Below are positions 1 through 11,818 of a stretch of 64,000 bases of DNA, piece after piece. The notes beneath the pieces were generated by a model, which had not been told where the DNA came from, ran no database searches, and worked only from the letters and a program-made list of their open reading frames with translations. The stretch's first letter is position 1, and every line of letters starts with the position of its first letter. The DNA comes from Chlorokybus atmophyticus (lineage: Eukaryota; Plantae; Mesostigma and Chlorokybus algae). Both the position numbers and the translations under genes were made by a program. Location: positions 1 through 64,000 of the forward strand of contig RHPI01000017.1 of NCBI GenBank assembly GCA_009103225.1, written 5' to 3'.

Positions 1-1183
1 TGCATACACGCGCGTAAGCACATGCACGCACACACACGTAAACATACACTGCGTGTATGCACACATGCATACACGCATGACTATGTACACGCATTCGCGC
101 GCCTACAAGCATTGTGTGGGTGTACTTTCAGCACATACATACACAAGTGCTTACTCTCATGACACCTGCAAGCAGGCGTTGTATAGATGCCAACTGCTCG
201 ATGAATGGCACCATCCATGCCTCCTCTGCCACTGGCTCACTGGAGTTGCTTGAAGCAACTTCTGGTTGGCAGCACTTCACTTGAGCATCATGCTCAGTCG
301 TGCAGGCGGATGATCCGCCTGCACGACTTCTTCAAGTCAGCTTGCACCAGCAACTATGCAAAGTACTTCATGTGAGTGACTACTTTGACAGCTAGCCAAG
401 TCACAGCTGCGGACACAAGGCACGTAGCTTCTGCACAAAAGTTACCATGCTCAGTTGCATAGATTAACTACAATTGTGACCAAGCTAGCAGCCTTCAGCT
501 GCCGACTCGGTATGCCTGCACAAGACAAAGGTCTGCATGCTTATCAATCGCAAGCATATTTGTGTAGCAACAATTACGTCAGTTGCCAGCAGCTGTTCAC
601 ACTGCAAAGCAAACACATGCATTCGCAACTTGCTCTCATGCATGTATAAACACCAGCAGCATTTCAACAGCAATTGCTGCCGGCAGGTCAAGCAAGAGGC
701 GCCCATCTCACAAACTACCAGTAGTAAGCCAACCACAACCTCAACCGCAACCTCAACCGCAACAGTAACAACAGCAGCAGCGGCCGCTGTCACACTGCGC
801 ATGCTTGCACGAAGACTACAGTAACAATGCTACGGTACATGAGTGCTTTGGCTTCCAGCAGCAGCGAAGCAACATTCGACAAGCAACCCGCCGATTACTA
901 CCACGGCCCGCACCACCCCACCGCCGCCGCCGCCGCCGCCAGCTTGGACCGCAGCACCAGCAACGACAGCTCAGCAGATTGCATTGACCAGCATGCGCGG
1001 ATGACTACAAGCTGCAGGCTGCGAGTTCTGCTGACGTACGCTCGATCCCATCCGTTGAGTCAGCGGTATTTTAGTAAGCAGCCGGTCGCCGTACCATTCA
1101 TGGTTCGTAAGCAATGCACCCTATGCATGCGTACTGTGCATGTGTACTAACAAAGTCCTCTGGCTTACAGGCGCGGAGCACGC

Positions 1184-1470
1184 GACCAGCACTGGTCCTG
1201 TCGCTGGCACAAGACCAAGACTGGTGCGCTACTGACCGCCTTGGTACCGGACCAGTGCTGCGCTGGTACATGTACGCAGGCCGCGGGGCAAGCGACCAGC
1301 CCTGGTCCTTCCGGTTGCACGCGTACGGTACCAATGCTGCACTGGTGCATAGGCCGCGGAGCATGCGACCAGTCCTGGTCCGGTTATTCGAATCAGGTCG
1401 TCCGGCTGCGGGGCCGGACCACCAGTGGTCCGGTCATGCCGGACCAGTCGCGGCACTGGTACGCCACAGC
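1184..1470. repeat. Array of short palindromic sites, consensus GACCAG-N2-CTGGTC
   Basis: Perfect copies at 1184-1197, 1294-1307 and 1367-1380, a degenerate copy at 1213-1226 and a variant CCGGACCAC-CA-GTGGTCCGG at 1414-1433. Most copies are preceded by GCGG(A/G)GC. Confidence 0.85.
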
Positions 1471-1643
1471 GTACCAGACGGGGTCTACGGGCCGCGTACG
1501 ACTGGTCGGCGCGTAAAAAGCCCTGTGCTAAGAGCGGGGTGTTAAAAAAGGGCTAAGAACTTGGAACTCTGTAAGCAGGCAGCTAAGAGTGGTTCAAGAT
1601 CTTAGACAAGGTTGAACGTACCCAGGCTTGCTAAAGTCTTCAT

Positions 1644-3930
1644 CTAAAGCCTTGGCAGCGATACACCCATAGAATCTGCCTCTTTTGCGCATGTCGTCGC
1701 AGACAGTGACAAACTGTTTTTCTCGATAAGGACAGCCGGCCGGAGTCCAGATGATTGACAACGCTCATGATATGGGGGGGTTCGAGTTTGGTAAAGTTGT
1801 CCTATAGATTCAAGGAAATGCCCTGCGCTATGTTCAGCTTTCCATCGGCCATAAACAAGTCTTCTTTGCTGTGCAGCACATGGAAAAAGCGCTGATATTC
1901 TGGCTTTGAGAGGCCGAGATCCATTGCAATCCTGCAGTAGCAATGTAATTTAGCGAAAATGTAGCAAGCTGTATCGGATGTTGTGCACTGTTTACACATA
2001 CAGTTTTAAAGTCGTACATAACATGGACGCGCTTGGTGTGGGGGACTTTAGCCACCTCGTCATCCGTTGGAGGCGTTAGGGACTCTCACAAGATGACCAT
2101 CCATGACCGTGCGCAGTCAAGCCACGCTTCAGCCCCCCTTGTCTTGCGGGTTTGCCCAATGGACAGCTTAAATGGTTGACCATGCTGTTTCCAGATGTCA
2201 CGCATGGCGTGCATGACCCCCAATGGCGTGGACTTTTGTCGCAGCTCATCCTGCAAGTTGTGCAGCCTACTCAGGTTGAGGATCTGAAGTCTAGGGATGT
2301 TAGTCACGACCTGTCACATGTAGAGTTGTTGGTTTGATACTAAAGGTATCATAACTTGACAACAACAAAGCAGCCTATTTCCATCCTTTGAGACGCCCAT
2401 TTTGGATCATCTGGATGACCATGTTGCCTGCACTGATATATTGTCAGCGAGTGATTCCCGCACAGGATCTCGAACTGCCATCTTTTGTTCGACGGGTCCT
2501 GCAAAAACTCGTCTGCTAGCGGTTGACGCCATTCTGTGGGTCCGTCAGTCTTTTCGAGCACCAATCCAATCCACCGTTTGTAGCTTGGCAGGCCAGCATC
2601 GATCTCGCCCTCCACAAGCTTCAGCCTAGCCTCGGTCACCGGTCTCACGGAATGGCCCGGGCGAGCAAGCATCATCCGATCAACGGGAACATTAAAAAAG
2701 GTGTTCCCTCCAGAAGTTTGAACCAAAGGGGGCAGCACCAACCGACTCAGCAGGCCTGAAACATAACAAGCAAGCGACTATCGAATACCCTATGGCAACG
2801 CACTTAGTAATTGTGCCTTGAGTTAATGGACGCAGAGTAATGACAAACAGGCCAAAGCCGAATACAATAGCTCGCTTTTGTCACTGGTCTTAATGACAGG
2901 TGAGTAGCCTGCAGGTTTGCCACTATCGGAATTATCTGAATCTTTTTATGTGGACGTGGAAGGCTTGGTTGCCCTTGCTGAGTGACGCGCTGTTATCGGG
3001 CAGGTATGCAAAGCATAACAAGAGTAATGGATGTGTCAAGCCCTTGACATTGATGTGGTATACCATAAGCTACCTCGCAGCCATTCGAAGAACTTTTCGT
3101 TCAAGTCGTCTGTTGGATCCACAGATGCTTCAGCACCCTTCGGTTAACACTTGCTGCAAGATCCATTAAATCGAGCTCGTTCTCTGCCTCAGCTTCGTCT
3201 GACATGAAACCCCTCGCTTTGGACAACATCAGAATGTTCGGCTTATGACACAATGACGTCATTGTCGTCGTTGATATCGCTGCAAGGCAACCCGAGACAG
3301 TATATGGACTTCCATCGGAGCACCACGCTCAAAGTAGGGCGTAGGTAGATATGTTGCCCTGTGCACGGTAAGCTAAGCCGGATCTTGGAACTCATGTAAC
3401 CCACGCTTATAAAGACAACGCTCACCTTACGCTATACGTTAAGACGGTAATTTCCCTGACCCATGTACCGCAACTTTCAAACATGTTGGCGCTCAGCTTG
3501 ACCTATTAATTTCAAAACTGCAACGCTTGGTACGAGGCTGACTTTGATTGAATTTTGCTTTTTAGCCCATGGCAACCTTAAATTGCTATCTGTCAACACA
3601 AGCTTGTCACATACTTGTAAACATCGCACACAATTCAGATCAGAGACATCTGCTGCACACCCTTGGTTACTCACATGAGTAGATGATGGGTTCATCTGCA
3701 TTACTGCTGACGCTAAAATCTTCTTGGTCTTGCTCTTTGTTGTCGTTGGGTTGATCGTTTCTGGTGTCTACTTGCTTCTTGTCCTGCTGTTATCATTGGA
3801 AGAAATCTCAACCGGCTTTTCCAGCTTTTTAAAACTGTCAGGTGTCTTCTGCCAAGGAGTCTTGTCTTGTTTCTTCTTCGTAGCACCTTTTTTCGGCTGC
3901 GTGCCTGCAGGCTTTCGTTGCGGTCCCTAG
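1644..3930 (-). pseudogene. Multi-exon ParB/Sulfiredoxin-like domain gene, decayed, probably transposon-borne
   Basis: ORF 2349-2741 contains HSVRPVTEARLKLVEGEI...WQFEILCGNHSL, resembling the ParB-N RxV and GNH motifs. Downstream segments include RLHNLQDELRQ and SVVNHLDSGRLSLS. A Lys-rich exon begins after an AG at about 3925. GT-AG introns and several in-frame stops are present. Confidence 0.55.
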
Positions 3931-4019
3931 CCAGGGCTAACAATTGCCAGGGGTTGTCTCGGTTCACAAAGTAGTAAGTTCATATGTGCGAAGCAATTGT
4001 ACTTTACTTGAAAACTCTA

Positions 4020-4350
4020 AGCGCAGGAAGTTAAGGGAGGTTTCAGATTTTAAACTAACAAGAGCAGGCAGCTAAAGAAGGTCTAGGATCTTGAACCTTT
4101 CTTAACTTGGAGTAAAGGGAGGTCCAAGATCTTAAACCTCCAAGAACAGGCAGCTAGGGAAGGTTACGATTGTGAACTTGAAAGAGCCGGCAGCTAAGGG
4201 AGGTCCAATCTTGGACCTCCTCTAACTGTAAGTCAAGGAAGGGTTCAAGATCTCAAACCTCCAAGAACAGGCAGCTAAGAGAGGTCTAAGATTTTGGACC
4301 TCCAAGATCAGGCAACTACTCCATAAGATCTTGGAACTCCAAGATCTCAG
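4020..4350. repeat. About 7 degenerate 40-45 bp units with near-palindromic core AGGTCCAAGATCTTGGACCT
   Basis: GCAGGCAGCTAA...AGGTCYAAGATCTT(G/A)(G/A)ACCT recurs through the interval. The same motif also occurs at about 1575-1615, 3370-3390 and 8620-8645. Confidence 0.85.
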
Positions 4351-4599
4351 CAGCAGAACAAGAAGCAGCAAGAGGCGTACTGGAATGGTGGGGGCAAATG
4401 TGAACGCTTCGAGCTGCGCGAAGTAGTGTCCTCCTGTGCTTTCTCCCCATCTGGAGTGTCCTTGTTTGCACTGCATAGCAGTATACACTATTAGATGCCA
4501 TTGTCTATAACGGCAATAGCAGTTAACGACAAGGTGTTGCTGGTGGCTGTGCCGACAACAAGGTACAGCTACCAGCAATGTACTAGTGTACCAACAATC

Positions 4600-5030
4600 A
4601 ACTACAACAGCAACTTCAACACAACAACTCAGTAACAGCGCAGCAACTTCAATTCAACAATCAGTCAATAGCAACTGGGACACAACACACAGCAATTCAG
4701 CAACCAGTTGATTGTTGCGCGCACAAGTTGCTGTGCACAGAATTCCACTACAATTAGTAACAATAGCAACTGGGACACAACATACAGCAACTTAGCAATC
4801 AGTCGATTGCTACGCACACAAGTTGCTATGCGCAGCAATCAACTACAATTAGTAACAATAGCGATTGGGACACAACACACAGCAATTCAGCAACCAGTTG
4901 GTGCGCACGCAAGTTGCTGTGCGCAGCAATCAACTACAATTAGTAACAATACCGACTGGGACACAACACACAGCAATTGAGCAACCAATTGATTGCTGCA
5001 CACACAAGTTGCTGTGCGCAGCAATCAACT
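4600..5030. repeat. Tandem repeat, about 95 bp period, about 4.5 copies
   Basis: AGCAACTGGGACACAAC-like anchor at 4670, 4765, 4860 and 4951. Confidence 0.85.
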
Positions 5031-5449
5031 ACAAAGGAATACAATGCTGGTGGTGGTGGTGGTGGTGCTATAGCGGTAACAATCAGCAGCGGCAGCAGCA
5101 GTCACAAGCAAGCATAGTAGTAACAAACACTACCAACAAACACAACACAAACCTAGTCGACTTGCGCTTTGACCCCCCCATGCTGCTGCACGCACGCCCA
5201 CGCCCTGCACCGGCCCCTGCCGCCCACGCCCACGCCGCCCCAACTAACCATGTCCCCACACACGGAGGCGCCGCTTCTCAAACTCCTACACCCCTCAAAG
5301 CCTCAACACCGCCTCCGCCCCTGCCAACGCCGCTAACGCCCCCGCCAACGCCACTGCCGCCCTCGCTAAAGCGCCCCTGAACATTAGGGTTTCTGGCTAT
5401 GGCTGCCGAGGCCAAAAACCTAAGTGGCTGGGCGCCACCTCTCAAACCA

Positions 5450-5512
5450 CGAGAGCAACTCTGTCGCAGTAGCTATCATGGTATGAGAGCTACTGCGACA
5501 GAGTTGCTCTCG
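5450..5512. repeat. Perfect 25-bp inverted repeat (hairpin) with 13-nt loop
   Basis: CGAGAGCAACTCTGTCGCAGTAGCT (5450-5474) and AGCTACTGCGACAGAGTTGCTCTCG (5488-5512) are exact reverse complements. Confidence 0.95.
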
Positions 5513-7452
5513 CAGTATGAGAGGTATCATATCTTGGAAAAAGCGAATCAATAACTTAATAGTAATTGATTATTATATACATGATTGCCGATGAGTTGGT
5601 AACCGTCGATTTTTGGTCTCATGTGATGGTGCGTTAACCTCCGCATTACTCAGCCTTTGCACAAGACAGTATGCAAGGTCATATCATAGTGTTGAAGGTA
5701 ACAATGTGTTAATTTGATGCCACTTTGATTTTTATTGTCATACTCTTGGTGTTGAATTATTTTCAATTAACTACAACCAACTACTATCTCCATATAATTT
5801 CATTGAAATATAGACTGTGCTATAGACTATTGCTCAATAAAACTCTACAGTAGATATGTATATTATCATTGAAATTGTTACGTAATGCAATAGAAGCGTT
5901 ACGTAACACGCGTATCATCAATTGTACGCATCAGTCATCACTCACGGCATATTACAAGTACACATGCCAAGCATTACGTGACACCTTACGCATTGCAATC
6001 AGCGTACACTTCATTCAATTTTGATATAACACGACAGATCTATAATATCATCTACGCAATAATCACATGCAACAATTATAGATTGGCAAATAGACACATT
6101 ATTATCATGTTTGTGCACAGAAAAAACCAACATTACATGTAATTATTATGGATTGAAAATTAGCACTTTATTATTTGTGCAGAAAAAAAAACCAGCATGA
6201 TGCGTGTGCTGGGCTTCACTGAAACCACTTTGCGAAAAGCGGTGTAATCACCGTTCTACCATCGAGTGGGTTCTATAAAACTAAACACGCGCAACATGCT
6301 ACTCTACATAGCGCACACATAAGTATCTGTACCAATTATACTCTTATGCAGCGCAAGCATTGGGGCGAGAGCGAGCAATACAATAAACAAATGTCGTCGT
6401 CCGTTTGATATATTGATGGTCGAGTATAGACATAGTAACTTAGATCAACAAATGGAAAACTATGCTTCCTAGTTGCGACATTAATCGCGCGTTGTACCCT
6501 AACCCCTAATCCTAACCCCCTCACTCGGTGAGCTCAACTCCAGTGCAGCTGGTCGGCGGCGGCGGTCATGTACTTGTTGGCGGCGGCGGCGGTGTTGTTT
6601 TCAGCTGGGCGCTAGTGTGTTTCAGTAGATCCCACAGTGTAGAGTGTAGCTAAAGCTTGCAAGTTGTAATTTGCAAGTTGAAAGACCTAATGCGGTAGCT
6701 GGTAAGTGAGTACTGGCTTTGGGCGGTGGTATGGGCGGCGATGTGGGGGCCATATGGGGTGGCGAGAGCGAGCCAGGTGAGTTGAAGCTTGCTGCTCTAC
6801 TTGACCGTTAAAACGTCTTTAAGCTAGTTTTAGCATAAAACACTGAGGATATAAAGACTTGCGGTAAGGGTTGCGCTGTCCCAGCGCTCATGCAAGAGGG
6901 TTTGATAAGCGGGAGCATACCTGGCGCCACCTAGCAGGTACAGTATCCGTGCGTTATAGTCTTGTATGCACTGTCTGACAGTTGAAAATTGATATCACTG
7001 TAATGCACACCACACGCTAGTTGCTGCAGCAGTAAATCCTGTGCTGGTCATCAGCAAAACCGAAAAGCGCAACATATAGAGCTGCATGCACACAGCAAGT
7101 TACATTAAGCAGAGACATTTGCACACACACCCATGTTGCTTATGTGATTGTTCCATGCATGGTAAGCACAATGTACTGCAGCAGGGGAGCTGCCCCTTGG
7201 TAAATATACAGTTGGCATGTACTGGCACACAGTTATCATTGATCATGCAACATCCACATACAAGAGCAAACGCGTACACATATACACAGATGTTGCAACC
7301 TCATTACTGTGTAGTTCTTGCAGTTGCTTATGTATCTAGATGGTATTGTCACAACCGCACCCAAAGCCCTTCAGCTTGGGGTGTTGAAGTTCCTAGTCTG
7401 CAAGACTGTGTTACTTGCATTCTGGGTCCATTGCTTGTCAGGCAGCATACAT

Positions 7453-7759
7453 GAGATCTTGGAGGTCCAATAACTTCAATCGTTGTGCGTCACTAGACCT
7501 TCAAGATCTCAGGTCGTCTATCCCTCGATGCCAGAGATCTTAAAGGTCCATTAACCTCACTCGTTGTGTGTTACTAGACCTTTAAAATCTCAGGTCATCA
7601 ATCCCTCTGCCTGAGATCTTAAAAGTCCATTAACCTCACTCGTTGTGTGTTACTGAACCTCCAAGATCTCAGGTCGACAATTTCGCTCATTTCTTGGTGC
7701 CTGAGATCTTAGAGGTCTACTAACTCTATCATTGTGTTATACTAGACCTCTACAATCTC
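7453..7759. repeat. Four tandem stem-loop units (about 17-bp imperfect stems, about 24-nt loops)
   Basis: Units at 7453-7510, 7534-7591, 7613-7670 and 7703-7759 follow GAGATCTTRRAGGTCYA-loop-TAGACCTYYAAGATCTC. Confidence 0.9.
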
Positions 7760-10700
7760 ACCACCTTAAGCCCTCAAAGAACTCACTTTATTGTCTTGCC
7801 TTCAGGTGGACTGTTGGTCGTATATCAAGCGGCTTAGCCAAGAACATTGTCAAAGTCTGTGGCAATTCAACCGCGACAACATCGCTGGTACTTAAAGATC
7901 TTTTGACTAAGCAACCGTTGCTGCAAGCTGCCATCCAACACAACGAAGACCTTCAGGCTGTTATTGATGCCCCAGCCCTTTGCACTGTTGCCAAAATGTA
8001 TAGAAAAGCTTATAAAGAAGTTTAAGCAACAAGATCAGAAGCTCATCGTCCTGCACGAGCCGTGCTCGTTAAAACCGGTAGCAGTGTGTTGCTGACAATC
8101 TAAAAAGATGCACGTGTCGTGCAGAAAGTCGCTGCACTTCTTAACATCAAACGTTACCGGTTCTCTCAGCTGACATCCATTCGGAATGACTGGAGCCTGA
8201 AGCAGCGTAGCAAACGCAAAGACAGCTTGCGTGTGGCCGTACGGAATTTGATCCAACAGTTTAGGCATGAGAACACTAGAGAGTCTGCATCCAAACGCGA
8301 TCAAGTTCACGCTCGAGATGAAGTCACTAACAAGAGGCAGCATAATATCAAATTCTGTAAAAGATATCTAAAAGGCACCACGCACATAGAGCTGTTTTTA
8401 AACTTTAAAGAGCAGCACCCGAAAGTTCAAGCACAGCATTGGTCGTTTGACAAGCTGAAACCTTACTATATTGGAGGACGAGACGTTCGTCATGTATGTG
8501 TTTGTTCAGTACACACAGAAAACAAGGAGATGTGGGACGCCCTTACCAATTTTCTGCGCCTGCGGCATATTGATAGTTGTCATTGTGCTTGTGAATACTG
8601 TAAGGTAAGCAAGCTAGCAGTTACTCGACCTCCAAGATCTTACAAGCCGGCTGCCTGTTGACATATTGTTTAACAGGTTCAGAAGACTTGCGGCTGCAAC
8701 AGTCCTAATCATCCAATGTACAGCAGGTGTTCATTGGCTTGCAAAGGGTTTTTGAGCCATCCAACAGACGCTGTCAACTCTATCATGTGCCCAAAGGAAC
8801 CTGGTGAAGACTACCATAAAAAGCGATGTGTGCAAGGAGAATGCAGTCGTTGTGGTTGGGACAAGCCACTTTTAAACTGACCTATCGATCTGCGAGACGT
8901 CACTACGCGACTATGTTCGTCCCTTTATAAAAGCAAAAGCAGAGAGGGCGCGCTGCTGATGGTTTTGTCAAAGAGTACGAATGCGTGGACTTTGCCAAGC
9001 AGTCGCTTACTTACTTGGTATTCCGCATGTGATACCGACCTATGCTGGAGGACTTTCGCTGGCACGCGATCCCAGGTTCGTGGCAAGCTTCTCCGCAACG
9101 ACAGTGCTTGCAGACGTTTAATCGCGGCACCATTGTCACGATGAGTGACTTTCTGAAAAACTATATCATTCGACCAAATTACGAGCTGCTGCAGCAGCAC
9201 TTTCAATCCGCACCTGTAGGGATCTATGTCATGATAGTGCATCGTCACGCGCAAATTGAGGTCAATGGCATCGAGTCTACAGATGAGGAGCCTGTGCGCA
9301 TAAAAGAGGTAAAGCAGCATGTGTTATGTTAATACACCTATCATAGCTAACTTGCCCGCTGGCCTGGTTTAACTCAGCCGTGTTTTACGCAGGTGCACTT
9401 CTTTATAACGGATGACACTATCAAAGACAGCTTCATGGTGCATTGTTGCTTCAGAAGACTCCTGGGGGGGTATCGGTGCAGGGACATTGCTGCACACAAA
9501 GTTGTCAGTTGGAGTGATACTTGTAGCGTACAATTCAAGTGCGCAAAACAATTCGGACAGATAGCAAGGTTTGGAGTGCCTGTTCCCACGACCTTTGCAT
9601 CGGCTGTTAATTGCGAGGGCGACCCTGCGGCTTATTGTCATATAAAGCTGGGATGGCATTATCCTTGCCCTCAGCACGGTAAAAGAGAACACGACGGCCA
9701 GGGAGGAACATCAAAGCACCTTCTCGACAGGGCAGTGCTACAGGGAGAACAGATAGTGAATGCTGAGTCCGCAGCATATTACGCCAATGAGCACCTGGGC
9801 CGAGGAGCTGTATTCACGTATGTATCTTAAGAAGGCGAGGCGTGTGTGCAGAAGCGCTTTTTTCACCTTTTGAACATTGACGAGGTTGTGCATAAACTGA
9901 AAGGAAGCAATTACCGGGCAGTGCCAGGCACTATGAAGTTTCAGGTCGTGCGAGCAACGGGTGAGGCGGATCGCTTCATGTCCCGTGCGCTCTCTTGCTT
10001 CTGTGCACCATGTGTCAAGGAGCTGCATTCTAGCTGCGTTAGCAAGGAGTATGCGGGCAGGTGGAAGCAGCAGGTGCTCGTGGCTGGAGATGATGAAGCG
10101 GAAGAGGCTGAGCAAGAGGTAGGCATTTCTCAGATCTTGGAAGTGCAGCAACTGAACATTCGGCACATGTAGCTGAATGTCTTGTGAGACAGTGCTGAGC
10201 CTGCAAGTTAATGAAGGTTTAGTATCCTGCATCGCAAGCTGTCTGTGCACCCTTGTACACAAATGTCATGATAGACATTGCTGAGCCTGCAAGTTAATGG
10301 ACGTCCAGCATCTTGCAATGTGTGCCGATGCAAGCAGGGTACTGCAGTTTCCGTAATCCGAGTGCTTGCTGTCTTATAGATGCTAATGCTAAACCAAGAG
10401 ACGCTGGCGTTGACCTTGAAGAAGGGGAATCTCTTCGTTGTATCTTCAGACAGGAGCGCTGAAGATCACAACAAAGATGCACCTTATTTGATCCTTCAAT
10501 GTGTGGAGGAGGCAGAAAGAAGTCGTCAATCCACAACCCGTGCGGACAGCCACGGCAACGGGGTGCTGCCGGACACCCTATACGTTATAGGAGTATATTT
10601 TCGGCGACTTTCGCAACAACATGTCCCAGTCAATAGTTGCCAAAACGGTCTTTGTGGTTCCTACCGCCTCAACCTCACAAAAAGGCAAGAGTACCAGCTT

Positions 10701-10867
10701 ACTTACTGCGGTGCGCACCCAAGGTCACGTTAGAGCGGGAGTCCGAGAGTGAACGACTTACGCGCACTAAGTCTAAGCTGACGACATGGAAAGGTATAAG
10801 GGAGTCGTTGTTTCGCATAGGGACGAGCTGCAGGAGGCCATTCTTGAGGTGTTGTGAAGTAAATTAG
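7732..10867 (+). mobile_element. Sola2-like DDD transposase gene, multi-exon, with frameshifts (likely inactive)
   Basis: Motifs RKD; SFDKLKPYY..RHVCVCSVHTEN (CxCxxHxN); SDFLKNY at 9144 (DFxENY-like); WSDTCSVQFK at 9513; HGKREHDGQGGTSK at 9675-9716; SCFCAPC. GT-AG introns, e.g. about 10118-10379. Confidence 0.65.
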
Positions 10868-11142
10868 CTAGGGTTGTACATTTGCTTGGCTAAGTGTAGA
10901 TTGTTTGCCAGGTAATGCAAGTTGCTATAGTGGATGTTGAATCATGTTTTCCGTGTATAATGTGCTGCCGTGGATGTCGCTTCATGTATCTTGAAAAGTT
11001 GCAAGTAGTGTAAATATCATCATGTCTTTATGTAGGAATTAGCTCATTGGTTATGATGAGTTTAATGGGCATTCGAGATAAAATCTTGTGCAAATTGCAA
11101 TAACAGCTGTGTTTAGCCTACCCTAGGCCCGTTTTTATAACT

Positions 11143-11818
11143 TTGAAGCGCCCAAGCCATTTGCAAGAAGTGTCCCCGCAGATCTTGCTACACGCCTTCA
11201 GCGTGCCAGGAGCCAAGTTTGCTGCCCAGGAGAACGCTTGGATGACAACCAAAATTTTTGAGAAGTGGATTGAGGAGCTGGCAAAGTGGATGGCAGGAGG
11301 CAACAACCCTTCCAACCCTGCACTGCTAATTGTGGACGGCCATGTGAGCAGGTACAACCCCACCATGATACGCTTCACACAAGACCACGGCCTGCACATT
11401 CTGGTCTTGCCACCCCACACCACTCATCGGCTGCAAGTATTGGATGTGTCATGATTCCATCCGTTCAAGGAGCAACACAGGAAAGAGTACATGCAGAGGC
11501 ATGGAGCAGGTATAACTGGGAGCTCAGCAGGAAGGAGTTCTTAAAGTTGTTCGTTACCCCTTTCTATGTAGGACTTTCCCCTGCCAACATCATCTCTAGG
11601 TTTCGTGCCTGTGGGTTATGGCCTCTCAATATACACGCATTAGACAAGTACTTCACGGAGCAGGAGACAACCCCACCACCACCAGGACTGTTTGCTTTAC
11701 CGGAGGCTATGGAGGTGGGAGATGGAGACAACAACAACAACAACAACAACAACACGGAGAAGGCACCACCCAACACAGAGGCGCCAGTGAAGAAGAGGAG
11801 AGGGTTCACAACTGCACA
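11143..11818 (+). mobile_element. pogo/Fot1-like DDE_1 transposase, 5' portion, frameshifted
   Basis: AWMTTKIFEKW...ALLIVDGHVSR...LVLPPHTTHRLQVLDV, then NIISRFRACGLWPLN in another frame. Interrupted at KKRRGFTTAH by an LTR. Confidence 0.85.

Noticed and set aside
4865-5380. 171-aa Pro-rich plus-strand ORF
   Set aside because: Low-complexity antisense reading of repeats and the GC-rich leader of the minus-strand gene.
7453-7759. CRISPR-like appearance of the regularly spaced repeats
   Set aside because: The intervening loops are copies of each other rather than unique spacers, the repeats alternate in orientation, the context is eukaryotic and no cas genes are present.
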